This document shows, one piece after another, positions 1-13,433 of a DNA stretch of 64,000 bases. The stretch lies in assembly GCF_001194135.2 (NCBI RefSeq), contig NC_068987.1, forward strand, positions 2,923,234 to 2,987,233, given 5' to 3'. Origin of the DNA: Octopus bimaculoides. Taxonomy: Eukaryota. Made by a program: the position numbers and the translations under genes. Every line of letters begins with the position of its first letter. Within the stretch, counting starts at the first letter, position 1. The notes under the pieces are model-generated. The model was given only the letters and a program-made list of their open reading frames with translations. It made no database searches and was not told the origin of the DNA.

Positions 1-450
1 CAGGCTATTCTTATTCTAGCAGCTACACTTTCAGCGCACCCACCCCCACTACTAACTTGGTCGCCCAGATAGCGGAAGCTATCGACTACCTCTAGTTTTT
101 CACCCTGGAATGAGATAGAAGTTGTTTCCTGTTTGTTTGCAGTCTTTATTGCACCTGAACATCTGCCACAAACAAAAACTAACTTGCTAGTTAACCTGCC
201 TTTGATGTTGCTGCACCTCTTATGTGTCCATAGCTTGCACCGGGTACATCTTATAGAGTTACTACCTACTCCTTTTCTACATACTGAGCAGGGCCATCTA
301 CCTGAAGGGGTTTGTGTTTTATCTACCTTCCTACTTATTAGGATTTTGGTTTTAGCTAGGTTGACTATATATATATATGTATATGTATATGTATGTATGT
401 ATGTATGTATATTTATAATAATATATATATATATACATACATACATACAT

Positions 451-838
451 GGAGTGGTTGTGTGGTAAGTACATTGCTTACCAACCACATGGTTCAGGGT
501 TCAGTCCCACTGTGTGGCACTTTGGGCAAGTGTCTTCTACTTTAGCCTCGGGCCAGCCAAAGCCTTGTGAGTGGATCTGGTAGACAGAAACTGAAAGAAG
601 CCTGTTGTATATATGTATATATATGTGTATATGTTTGTCCCTCCAACATCGCTTGACAACCGATGCTGGTGTGTTTACGTGCCCATAACTTAGCAGTTCG
701 ACAAAAGAGACCGATAGAATAAGTACTAGGCTTACAAAGTATAAGTCCTGGGGGCGATTTGCTTGACTACAGGTGGTGCTCCAGCATGGCCGCAATCAAA
801 TGACTGAAACAAGTAAAAGAATAAAAGAATAAAAGAAT
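451..838 (+). mobile_element. tRNA-derived SINE family A (CORE-like centre), full-length copy; many further copies, e.g. 6625-6800, 11050-11335, 15705-16045, 18890-19265, 47415-47578, 48484-48860, 52160-52340, 56165-56520, 62445-62640
   Basis: A-box-like TGTGTGGTAAG, B-box-like GGTTCAGTCCC, central TTTGGGCAAGTGTCTTCTAC, (TA/TG)n spacer and AAAAGAAT tandem tail; recurs on both strands. Confidence 0.85.
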
Positions 839-1124
839 ACATACATACATACATACTTATGTATGTATGTATGTATGTATATAATAATATGTTTTTCTTA
901 AGGACACACCATTTCAGAGCCTTTGAGGGCGAGATACACCTACACATAACCACATACTCCTCTCATTTATATAGAAGATATACTGGCCACACTTTTTCTT
1001 TAGTTGGGTTGTATTCTACATGTTTTGGTTAAGGCCCTCTAAAATATCACTGACATTACCTTTCCCCTTCTTCTCTCCCATTTCTCCTCCACTACCCCCC
1101 CCCCTTCAAAACTGTAAAAATTAT

Positions 1125-1273
1125 ACATTATTTACATTATTTACATTTGACTGATATTCATCCTCATCTTGTTTGTTGTAAACACAACGTCTCAGCTGAT
1201 ATACCCTCCAGCCTTCATCAGGTGTCTTGGGGAAATTTCGAACCTGAGTTCTCATTCCTAAGGTATTTTTCGA

Positions 1274-1314
<41 letters not shown>

Positions 1315-1399
1315 TCACTGCCTGGAATTGAATTCGGAATCTTGGGGTTAGTAGCCCGCGCTCTTAACCACTACGCCATATGCTTACGGACATATGGCG
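1125..1399 (-). mobile_element. SINE family C (tRNA head, (AAT)n, Penelope-like tail with hammerhead-like motif); 15-bp TSD
   Basis: The minus strand has TAGTGGTTAAG and ATTCAATTCC boxes. The direct repeat AACTGTAAAAATTAT occurs at 1110-1124 and 1400-1414. Other copies: 16365-16592, 34365-34610, 44555-44818, and a tail only at 31654-31705. Confidence 0.85.
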
Positions 1400-1897
1400 A
1401 ACTGTAAAAATTATGTCAAAACTAACCTCGTTGTGCTAGTGCCATGTAACAAGCAGTGTCCATTCTACAGAATGGTTGGTGTTAGGAAGGGCATCCAGCT
1501 GTAAAAACCCTGCCAAAACAGACACAGTAGCCTGGGGTAGTTTTTCTGCCTGGCTGGCTCCTGTCAGATAGATAGATAGATGTGTGTATATATATATATA
1601 TATATAGTTGATTGTTATATAAAGTGTGTGGCTTCAGAAGAGGATTACTTCAAAGGAGACAAAATGCTGAATTGATATGTGCTTTAGTTTTCCTTTTTAT
1701 AACACTAATCCCGATAGTCTTTGATCAGATCCTGAATATGCCATGGAAACCGAGTAATCAGACTTATGGGTCCTGAAGCTTGAGAAACAAATTGAAATTC
1801 TATGAAGCAGAGGCCATTAAAGTAAAAGAGACAGGGGTTGGGGTGTGTTGCTGAGGAATTTAGTGACCCCGTTTTCGATTAGGATCTAAGACAAGTT

Positions 1898-2512
1898 TGG
1901 GCCACATAAGACATGGGTCACCATCAGGTGGGCCACATGAGACATGGGTCACCATCAGGTGGGCCACATAAGACATGGGTCACCACCAGGTGAGCCACAT
2001 GAGACATGGGTCACCATCAACTGGGCCAAATGAGATGTGTCAACATCAGGTGATGCACATGAGACATGGATCACCATCAGGTGGGCCACATGAGACATGG
2101 ATCACCATAAGGTGGGCCACATGAGACATGTGTCACCATCAGGTGGTACACATGAGATACGGGTCACCATCAGATGGTACACATGAGACACGGGTCACCA
2201 TCAGGTGCGCCACATGAGACATGGGTCACCATCAGGTGCGCCACATGAAACATGGATCACCATAAGGTGGGCCACATGAGACATGTGTCACCATCAGGTG
2301 ATGCACATGAGACATGGATCACCATCAGGTGGGCCACATGAGACATGGATCACCATCAGGGGGACCAAATGAGACATGGGTCACCATCAGGTGGGCCACA
2401 TGAGACATGGGTCACAATTAGGTGGGCCACATGAGACAAGGATCACCATCAGGTGGACCAAATGAGACATGGGTCACCATCAGGTGGGCCACATGAGACA
2501 TAGGTCACAAGG
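1898..2512. repeat. 31-bp minisatellite, about 20 copies (GGTGGGCCACATGAGACATGGGTCACCATCA)
   Basis: The 31-nt period is read directly (e.g. CCATCAG at 1921 and 1952); variant blocks recur. Confidence 0.95.
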
Positions 2513-2932
2513 TTGTTTTCCATCAAGCATACCATTCAGAAAGTGCCAAATCTTCTATCTTTTGTCTTTCACTTGCTTCAGTCCTGTGGCTGTGGCCATG
2601 CTGAGGCACCACCTTGAAGAAGTTTTTGTTGAATGAATCAAGCCCTTTTTTTTTAAAGCCTGTACTTATTTCATTGATTGTTTTTGCTGAAATGCAAAGT
2701 TATGGGGATGTAAACACACCAACACCAGTTACCAAGCTGCAGTGAGGGACAAACACTGACACAAAGACACACACACAAAGACACACACGCGAAGGGCATC
2801 CAGCTGTAGAAACTCTGCCAAATTTAGATTGGAGCCTGGTGTTGCCATCCGGTTTCACCAATCCTCAGTCAAATCGTCCAACCCATGCTAGCATGGAAAG
2901 CGGACGTTAAACGATGATGATGATGATGATGA

Positions 2933-2970
<38 letters not shown>

Positions 2971-3717
2971 TTTCCATCTACCAAATCCTCTCACAAGGTT
3001 CTGGTTGGCCTGAGGCTATAGTAGAAGACACTTGTCCAAGGTACCTTGCAATGGGACTGAACCCAGAACCATGTGGTTGGGAAGCAAACTGCTTACCACA
3101 CAGCCATGGCTGCACTTACATAGGCTACAGTATGCCCATGGTCGACCCAAGATGTCTATGTACTTGAAACAGTACCAACTGAGATGTCAGAGCAACACAC
3201 CATTGAGGCTCTCAGTTAAACTTTGAATCAGTTTAACAGATGTCTGTGTGTCCTAATGAACCAATTTTCTTACAAGGTCTCACCACTTTTGGCTCTGCCA
3301 TCATTCTACACAAACATTTTTATTACATTAACCTTTAATCAGCCACTAAAACTATCAATCTTCAATCATTTTATTCCCATTTTTAAAATAGATTTAACTT
3401 TATCAAGGCCTTGCATTACTATCACTGATTTTCCCTTCTCCCAATCAACATATCTCCTCTCATTATCTCTCAGCCTCATTCTCTGATCTGAATTTCTAAT
3501 TAATTACCATATAAATACTAATTGTTGTTTATAATTTAAATGTCAAATTATTTTTGGAATGTTCGTTGTATTACTCACCGAATCACTTCAAAATTGCTGC
3601 AACAATTTTGCAAATATTTTAACCCAATTCTGATCCAACAAACTGCAAATCTATTTCTTTCTGAATAAAACACTAAATTTACCTTTAAAACTGAAAACTT
3701 ACATAAACCCTGAAACC

Positions 3718-3754
<37 letters not shown>

Positions 3755-4343
3755 NNNNNNNNNNNNNNNNNNNNNNNNNNNNNNNNNNNNNNNNNNNNNN
3801 NNNNNNNNNNNNNNNNNNNNNNNNNNNNNNNNATATATGTTTATACATACATATGTCTATGTATAAATGTACATGTACACACATTTATACATGTATGTAT
3901 AAACTGTATACATGTTTATACACACAGACATGTATGTATAAATAAGCAAACAGATACATTGATAAAAATCTGAAATAACGTTGTCCCCCCCTTCTCTCTC
4001 TCCCTCCTCCTCTCTCTTCCTTCTCATGCCTCTTTCTCTCTCTCTTCCCTCCCTCCCTCTCTCTCTTTCCACAGTTGTTCATCGTTCTACATGATCTCAT
4101 GAGCTTCCTACAAATATCCATTGCCATCATGTTATCATGTTTATATAATGTTATTACATGTGAGTGTGTGTGTGTTTGTGTATGTATATATATTTATATA
4201 TATTTACACATATATGTAAATATATATATATAGATATATATACACGTATAATGTATACACATAACACATATATGATATATACAAATACCTATGCTTATAT
4301 ATACATATACATATATACATATATATATGTATATATATGTATA

Positions 4344-4421
<78 letters not shown>

Positions 4422-4551
4422 AATGGTGTCTGTTTCTTTCCACTTTTGTTTGCTCTCTAACAATTTGTCTTTTTCTCCCCTAAGATTCGCATAACTTGTG
4501 CCACCTCAGGGCATTCGTTATACACAATGAGTGAGTAGACATTTCTTTTTT

Positions 4552-4584
<33 letters not shown>

Positions 4585-4796
4585 CTATTTCTTCTTCTCC
4601 TTCTACTTCTTCTTCTCCTTCTTCTTTTATCACAGTCATTTCACCTGTTGTTTTTATTTTGTTCTTGTCTTGAAAAACAAACCAAATGCCCACCCGTTTC
4701 AATGTTCCACTGAAAAATGTTGCTGATGATGATGATGCTACTTCTGCTGCTACTGATGCATTCATTTTTGGCTGCTCTTTCATCGCCTTATTATTA

Positions 4797-4851
<55 letters not shown>

Positions 4852-7800
4852 CACTATTATTGCGTTTATTATCGTTTCTTTTATTTGTTTGGTTGATATT
4901 TGTTTTTTTTTTGAACATCTGACACAAAAGCTGTTGATTCTAGATTCTCAGACAATTCGTTGCACCCCCTCCCCCATATATTTCTTACCACCATTTCTTA
5001 AATCGCATAATTTTGTCCAGCTGTTTTTATTCGAAAGAACTATATTTCTTTGGCACATCTCTAGTCTGTAATTCATTTACCTCAAGCCACCTAATTTACC
5101 ATTTTACAATTCTTCAACATTTTGTTTTTGTTTTAGTTTGCACCTAATTTTTCTGATAGTGCCCCACTTCTCCTGAGTCTATGAACTTAATGAGTTTCTC
5201 ACCTCCAGTTTTTATTTCCACTAAAAGACTTCTTATTCAGTTTCTTCACAGCTAAGCGCTATTCTTTATTTGCTTTTTTTAGGATTTTCAGTGAATTTTA
5301 TATGATTTTGCGGCTGTTTTCAAGCTATTTCTTCGTTTTGACTTAAACTCTGTTATTCTCATCTGTTTTGTGCTTAAAATATGTCATTACATATAGAATT
5401 TCATTTTAAAAATAATTGTGTTAAGCAAAAATAATCCTTTGGTTGGTGATATTAACTTTGTTTAAATAAATTGTTTTGAAATATGTGTGAAGGCTTTGGT
5501 GTGTTTTTAAAAACAGCCAACAGTAAATACAAGTTCGGAAGTTTGGCTGTCAATTTCATGAAATTAACTTGTAAAAAGTGAAGTAATTGTAATTGCTGGT
5601 GTGATAATTATAAAAAAGATTGATATAATGTTATTAAAATGAAGTAAAATGGTATTAATTTGATGTTTGTGAAAATATAAAACAAAATAATTTTAAAACA
5701 TTTTAAGTAAAATCATTAAAAAAAAATAGTGCTGTAGTAATTATGAAAAGATGTAATAATAATAATTTTCAGTTGTGATTTGTTTTAAATGAGGTGATAA
5801 ATGGCAAAATATAATTTTGTCAATTAATTTTTTAAAAAACAAAAATTGAGGAAATATAAAGACAAGAAAATGAAAAGTGATGATTATTACACAAACACAC
5901 AGACACACCCATTTGCACACATACATATATACACACAAACCTACACACACACATATACACATACATCCACACATACAAACATACATGCATTCACACAGAC
6001 ACATATCCATGCACACATAACCCATTCACACACATCCAGACACATACCTACACACACACACACACACACACACATGAGTCAGAAACCCTTTCTCAATCGT
6101 ATTTCTAATAAAATTCATTTTCTATGTTTTTTTTTAATTAGTTTTGAAAATAATTAAGAGTTTTACTGCACCCCGCTATTTATTCATGTATTATATGCAA
6201 ACCTTATTATGGCCAATAAAAGGCAAAAGATAAATAAATAAATAAAATATATCCAGTATATAATCTGTATTGACTGCACATTAGTATTGTGATGTGCAGA
6301 AAAAATAAGTTTTAGCTAGATTTATTATAATTGCTGTATAAATACATTGAAGAAGTTCTTACGTACAAAATGAAACAAAGCAGAAATTTGAAAGTGACCT
6401 TTAAACTTTCTCAGTGTCAGATGTGGATTTTAGACAATCGGTTGTTATCATTGAATAAGTATTCAATGTTGGTTACTGAAAACTATCTTCATTTCTAACT
6501 GACTCAGAGCTACAAAACAACCAATAATAATGAAACCTCTGAACGAATAGAGAAATAGCAGAATCAAGAAAAAAGAATTATCAACATGCACACACACACA
6601 CATGCATGCAAGCATACACACACACACAACACATGGCAGGCTTCTTTCAGTTTCCGTTTCCCAAATCCACTGACAAGGCTTTGGTTGGCTCGAGGCTATA
6701 GTAGAAGAGACCTTGCCCGAGGTACCACACAGTGGGACTGAACACAGAACCATGTGGTTGAGAAGCAAGCTTCTTACCACACAGCCACTCCTGCACTTAT
6801 AGAGAGAAGACTATTAAAGCTCACTTGAAGGATGCTTGAGGGCCACATACGGCCCTCGGAACAATAGTTGAGAACTGCTCCTCTAAACACCAAACTATGC
6901 CAGGTTTGATAGTTCTTCTAACCTTACTGGTACCAAAAGCATACCAGCTATATACTAGGGTCCATTGCATTTATTCAACACTTGGCTCTCTACCATTTCT
7001 GATTTCAATCAAGTTTTTGGTATTTATGATACGAGTAGTCTTGAAATATCTTTGTCTGAATTCTTCTCCAATATTCCATTGTGAAAGAATAATGAACGAA
7101 TAATAATGTTGATCGCATCTCTATGTCTGTAGAATCTGTTCCAAGAGTCAATGGGAGCCATTATTTGCAGTGCTCCATGGTTCTAAATGAATCTGTTATG
7201 GCAACATGAATAATACATGAAGTAGTCCAGTTATGGCATTCACTCTGGAACTATGACATTCCTTTCAATGTAATTTTATAAAAGAGTTTCCTTTCAATGA
7301 AATAACAAACAATATTAATCATCATCGCCATCACCATGATAGTGGTCATTGCTTCCACCACCATCATCATCATTATCATCACCACCATCACCACTGCTAT
7401 CACCATTATCATTTTCATCATCACCACTGCCACCACCACCACCACCATCATCATCATCACCACCACCCCACCACACCACCCTCCTCTCCAACATCGCCAC
7501 TACCACCGTTATCATTATAACCACCACCACCACTACCATCACCCTCATGTATTGTTATCATTGATCTAACATCTGAACTGTAGTTAGGTAAGGGGCCCCC
7601 TAATACAAACTCCCAACCCCCTACCCTGCACCAGTGACCACGATGCTGTGTCCCATCATCTTTAAGTCCAAACAATCTCAGTTCAAACCTGACCCTAGCA
7701 TTCTAAGGCCCTCCCCTCCTTCTACAAAAGATTAACCCCCACCAAAATCTTTCCTCAAACCTCTTCATAATCTGATTGGTTTCAGAACCAACTGGAAAAA

Positions 7801-8857
7801 ACCCAGTTCTAACTGGACAATTCCCCTTTTGTCATTGACTCCATAATTTCTCAAGATCTCCCATGTTTTTAGGGGTGGGAGTCACCTAGTGCAGTAAATA
7901 CTGGCTGGACAGGGTCACCCCACCCGTCCCACCTTTGTTTCCCACTCTCCCAAACCTGGTGGTAATTGTTGGCAACACTCAAAAACGAAGGGAGATAACT
8001 TAGACAACTGACTTCCTTGTTTGAGGGGCAAAAATCTGATTCACATTGAGGCCAAGCAACAGCATTAGACAAGTTTCTGCCTTGTGTAACCTTATCAGCT
8101 AGCCATGATTTACTGATGCTTGATTCTATTAATGGACACAAGAATAATAGAGAGAAAGTGGCNNNNNNNNNNGGGGGGGTACACAGTGACCAGCAATTGG
8201 CTGAGTGCTCCACAGACATGCACACCCTTAATGCAGTTCACAGGGGGACTCACCGTGACATGGCTGGCCCCCTTTTAATTACAAGTACATCTCATTTTTG
8301 CCAGCTGAGTGGACTGGAGAAATATAAAATGAAATGTCTTGCTCAAGGGCACAATCCACTGCCAGGAATCGAACTCACGGCTTTATGATTGTGGGCCCCA
8401 AAACCCCTAACCACTAAGCTATGCCCCTGGTATTTGCCAGGGGCGTAGTACAGTAGAGGAGCCTACGAATGTATTATTTCGTGATGTCTGGTCAAGTAAA
8501 AAGTAGACAGAGTGTTATTTAAGGGTGTAGAATCGAAATGAAGGGTGTATATTGTGGTGTGTTTACAGTGTTATTATTTAAATAAACAATCTCTTGATGT
8601 TTAAAGGTCAGCTGATCTCTTCCTGTTGACTTCCTGTTCTTGACAGTCCCACCCCCTTCTTCCACCCTTACACTGCAACTCCCACCCGTCACCCCACTAC
8701 CCCCCACTCTAACCCCTATCTGCCATTCTCAATGATATCTTAACTCAGTCCCATAATTATTGCTGCTAATTACTAACTCTCACCTTCAAGATATCATTCC
8801 CTCATTTTCTCTTATTTTTCTTTATTCAAAGACCAACAACTTGAATAGATTAACTAC

Positions 8858-8906
<49 letters not shown>

Positions 8907-9063
8907 GGTGNNNNNNNNNNGGTGGTGGTGGTGGTGGTGGTGGTGGTGTTGTTGCTGTTGCTTTTGTTGCTGATATTATTTCTGCTGCCATTGTTGTTGC
9001 TACCATTGTTGGTGGTTCTGTTATTGTTTGTATACATACATACATACATACATACATACATAC

Positions 9064-9300
9064 AGACCAGGTTTATACCTGTAATTATTGGGGCCCTAGG
9101 ATATGTAACACACTGCCTAAATACCAATCCTGAGAAATTAGGTTTCTCAAAACCAGAAAGGAGAAAGCTAATTCGAAGACTACAGATCCAATCTATCGGT
9201 GGAACTGTAAAAATCTGTAAAACTTTCCAGAAGTTTATCATTTACATATATATATCAGCATGTCTAGACATGCAAGTATATGCAGGAAAAGACATACATA
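9064..9300 (+). mobile_element. 3' end of a distinct RLE-type LINE between (TACA)n tracts
   Basis: FIPVIIGALGYVTHCL...IQSIGGTVKICKTFQKF; P-V/I-I-I-G-A-L-G is the RLE C-terminal motif. Confidence 0.6.
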
Positions 9301-9705
9301 CATACATTCATACTCGGTTGTTGATGTTGAAATTCCAGTGAAGGAGCCTTGGATCTGGGTTAGAAACCGGTTCTTTCTCTATTGGCAAGAAATCTTGAAA
9401 TAAAACTGAAGAATGGCATAACATACACTATTCCCAGTGACACATTGTGTTCTTGAGCAAGGCACTTTATTTCATTTTGCTCTAGTCCACTCAGCTGGCA
9501 AAAATGAGTAGTACCTGTAATTCAATGAGGGCCAGCCTTGTCATATTCTGTGTGATGCTGAATCTTCTTGGGAATTACATTAAGTGTATGCATGTCTGTG
9601 GAGTACTCAGCCACTGGCACATTAACTTCAGGAGGAGGCTGTTCCATTGATAGATCAACTGAGGTCCTTGTTACCATAACCGATGGGGAGTCACTTTAAT
9701 ACATT

Positions 9706-11020
9706 TACAGGATGTGGAGGTTTTTTCGAGAAATCGGTATTTTTGAGTTATAACTGCTTTTAAGTTAATTTTATGTCATTTATGTTTCAGAAAATAATAA
9801 TGGCAGACACTCAGCTTACTCAAGAAATGAAGAGACTTGCCATAATTGTGGCCTTAAAGGCTGAGCACAGCAATTTAGAAATAGCTCAGTTTTTAGAAGT
9901 TACCAGATCCATCATCTGCAAAGTCTGCAAGGAGTTAGAAGCCTCAGATGGAAAGGTATCACCAGTATCAAAACTCAAAATGCCTTACCAATGCTCTGAT
10001 ACCCTCAGAACATTCAAATTTGTTCATCAAGTTCAGCAAATCATTGACAGAAATGAAAAAAAGTCCATGAGATCGATTGCAAAAGATGTCCATGTGTCAG
10101 AAGGGAGAATCAGAAATGTTATCTATGAAAGGCATCTGGCACAAGTCTTACGTGATGAGGAGAGGTCGATTGATGTCAGGAAAAGGAAACAAACAGGAAA
10201 ATTGTTTGATGAGATCTAAAAAGTTATTAAACAAAGTTAAAAGTGAAGAAGAACATGATACGACTTGTTTTTTCTCAGATGAGAAAAACTTTGACCAGGA
10301 CCAGAAGATTAACAGAAAAAAATGACAAATGGTTATGTTCAGATCCTCCTGAAATTCCAAACAGTCATGCACACAAATTTCTTGAAATTGTCGTTTGGAG
10401 TCATTATTGATGAAGGACACGTTTTGCCTCCTCACTTCTTTCCCCAAGGTCTTAGAGTTAACACTGCTGCTTACATTGAGGTCCTGGAAACAGTGGTCAA
10501 GCCCTGGATAAACAGAGTGTGCAATGGAAAGCTGTGCATGTTTCAGCCAGATTCTGTACCATCACAGAAGGCTCGAGCAACCCAAGAATGGATGGCTGAC
10601 AATTTTCATGACCACCCCTAACATTTGGCCTCCAAACTTATCAGATCTCAGTCCGCTGGACTAATATGTCCGAAATGCTGAAGAAGAGGTCAATGAGCAT
10701 CCGCATAACTCTAAGGATCGTTTGAAAGCTGCCGTAGTGAAAATAATGTCTGATATGAACCAGAACCATTTAATTCAGGCGTGAAGACAATTCAGGCGTG
10801 AAGACAATTCAGGCGTGAAGACAATTCAGACCTTGCACAGAAGCAGCTAGTGATGCTCCACCGATTATAAAGAAGACAATCAAGTTTATATGTACACATT
10901 TTTTTTTTTCAATCAATAAAGTTGTTCTCTGTTATTATATCATTATTATTCGATGTCGTTCTCTCTTATCATATGTATTACATTCTAAAAAAACAAATTT
11001 GTTTTTAAATACCTTATGCA
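9706..11020 (+). mobile_element. Decayed Tc1/mariner DNA transposon, DD37D (maT)-type transposase pseudogene
   Basis: Frameshifted segments from ATG 9800 give an HTH region, FFSDEKNF, LPPHFFPQGLRVNTAAYIEVL, FQPDSVPSQ and PNIWPPNLSDLSPLD. The D2-D3 spacing is 37 if a 5-nt deletion after HDH is assumed. The 5' end is TA-CAGGATG; the right TIR is not clearly recognisable. An internal 17-bp unit is repeated three times at 10772-10822. Confidence 0.88.
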
Positions 11021-12861
11021 CGCTCTCTCTCTCTCTCTGTGTGTGTGTATTTTTTTGGTTTTTTTTCTTTTACTTGTTTCAGTCATTTTGACTGCGGCCA
11101 TGCTGAAGCACCACCTTTAGTCGAACAAATCGACCCAGGACTTATTCTTTGCAAACCTAGTACTTATTCTATCGGTCTTTGTTGCCAAACTGCTAAGTTA
11201 CAGGGATGTAAACACACTAACATTGGTTTTCAAGTGATGTTGGGGGGACAAACACAGATACACAAACACACACACACATATATATATGCATATACATATA
11301 TACGACAGGCTTCTTTCAGTTCCTGTCTACCACATCCACTCCGGATAACACAATATATATACACATATAAAGAGAGAGACAGACAGACAGACTGTGTGTG
11401 TGTGTGTGTGTGTACATTTGTGTTTCCATGTCCTGACATAGCATGATAGCTGTAAATGAGTGCCACTGTCAAACAAGCAGTGTCGTATGTATCCAGTATA
11501 CTGCAAAGACATTACGTTGCTTGGAAACAGGTGATGGTAGTTAAAAGGCACAGCATCCGGCCATAGAAAACCTACTTCAATAAACTGTCTGAACCCTTCA
11601 TGTTTGGAAAGAATGGAGTTAAAACGATGACAGTAATGATGTATTTACAGAATCATTATCATCATCATCATCATCATCATTTAGCGTCTGTTTTCCATGC
11701 TGGCATGGGTTGGGCGGTTTGACTGAGGACTGGCAAGCCAGGAGACCACAGCAGGCGCCACTCTGATCTGGCCAAGTTTCTACAGCTGGATGCCCTTCCT
11801 AACACCAACTACTCCAAGAGTGTAGCGGGTGCTTTTTACGTGCCACCAACACAGGAGCCAGTCAGGCGCCACTGGAATCGGCCATGCTCAAATGGTGCTT
11901 TTTACATTCTACTGGCACAGGTTCCAGTTAGGCGACACTGGAAATGTACTATAAAATATATCTACAGAATATTATCTGTTAGTCTATGTATAGACACACA
12001 CACACACACATACACATATATATACTTTGTTTGTACACACAACAACTTTTTGGTATTGGCAAAAAATCTATAGAGAAATTCTGCAGTATGGTACAGCATT
12101 ACAACCAAACGGAGCCAATGCACCATTAATATAGTAATAGAACCAGCTGCCAACAATGTGTTATATAAATTGGTTTATCTGATTGGCTGAAGACTTTAGG
12201 AATCGTGAGTTTATCGTTGTGGTTCCTCAGACGGTTCAAGAGGGGACTCACTCCCTAAACGATCTCCTTTTCTCTCTATAAGCATGTTGTTTTTATAAAC
12301 CAAGGTGTTTACCACGTCTGTTTACACAAACAGGATAGGCCAGTGGTTCCCATCCTTTTCACTACTGATGACCCCTTTTATTTAAATGAGCTTTCCCATG
12401 GAGTCCTTTTAACATGCTTACCCTTATGTGTGTGTATATATATATAATTCCATGTTATACATGTATGTATATTGTTATAATTGTTTCTTTTTTAAAAAAT
12501 AAGTGTGTGTTGTGCATGTTTGTGTGTATGTGTGCGTGTGTCTTGTGCACGTTTGCATGTGTGTGTGTGTGTGTGTAAGCCCTGAGCAGCTTGTTGATGT
12601 GTTTTTGATGTTATTAGAACTTCTTGTTCTCCATGAGCAACACCTCTGCCACCACAACACAACCAATACCAACAACCAAAAAAGACCACCACCAACAACA
12701 ACAACAACAACAACCTCAACGATCCCACCACCACCACCACCCCCTCCACCATACAGCTCCAATTTACCATAAGACAAAATTATGTATAATTTTCTGACTC
12801 AGCCTGGTCCTTTGCCAATATTTGACACAAATGTTTTACTTTGACCCACAATATATATACA

Positions 12862-12911
<50 letters not shown>

Positions 12912-12959
12912 GTATATATATATATACATATATGTATGTATGTATACATATCTATAAAT

Positions 12960-12995
<36 letters not shown>

Positions 12996-13356
12996 TCTCT
13001 CTCCCTCTCTCTCTTTCTGTTAGTGGCAGCTGGTACATTTAGCTTTAGGGCTGTACTTTCACACAGAAACATACTCAATAGCAAATATCTAACGTCATAC
13101 ACACACACACACACATACACAAAATATGTGTGTGTGTGAGAGTGTGTGAGTGTGTGTGTGTGTGTGTGTGTTCGAGTAATTGCTGAATTTTTCTTAATTA
13201 CATATTGTATGGTGAGAGTTTCTAGAAGACAAGAATAAGATAAAGAATTTGTGGCCGTCTTTCTCATATTCCTCGTTGATTCCAACTTATGTCAGTCAGT
13301 GAATTTAGGATTCGTCTGTTTTTTTATTAACGAAGGAAATAGCTTGATATTGAGAC

Positions 13357-13386
13357 ATGAAACCATCACCAAACAAAGACAAAGAG
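13357..13386 (+). CDS. Candidate first coding exon (MKPSPNKDKE) of the TRP channel gene
   Basis: ATG at 13357 has an in-frame TGA at 13351 just upstream. Ten codons follow, then a strong phase-0 donor GAG|GTAAGC at 13387 that matches the phase-0 acceptor at 24017. A T-rich tract plus AG at 13334-13335 lies upstream. No homology support. Confidence 0.4.
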
Positions 13387-13392
13387 GTAAGC

Positions 13393-13433
<41 letters not shown>

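Noticed and set aside
1320-1383. tRNA gene (also tRNA-like heads at 451, 26045, 36095, 40640, 46795)
   Set aside because: A and B boxes are present, but there is no complete cloverleaf and each head continues into a SINE body.
1898-2512. CRISPR-like array of hairpin repeats
   Set aside because: Units are contiguous with no unique spacers, no cas genes are present, and the context is eukaryotic.
4457-4927. 156-aa Asn/Glu-rich minus-strand ORF
   Set aside because: It is built from (TTA)n and (CTT)n microsatellites; no supporting exon structure or homology.
6827-6879. Shared 53-nt block with 30399-30452, resembling a hAT-MITE end
   Set aside because: The repeat is real, but no matching opposite end or 8-bp TSD could be confirmed.
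7251-7675. His/Thr/Pro-rich ORFs (similar ones at 51416-51712 and 61011-61635)
   Set aside because: They come from (CAC/CAT)n low-complexity tracts; the 51.5-kb tract is only the intron upstream of exon 51631.
7869-8225. Non-repetitive 118-aa minus-strand ORF
   Set aside because: It crosses a gap and a SINE end, with no recognisable motif or splice signals.
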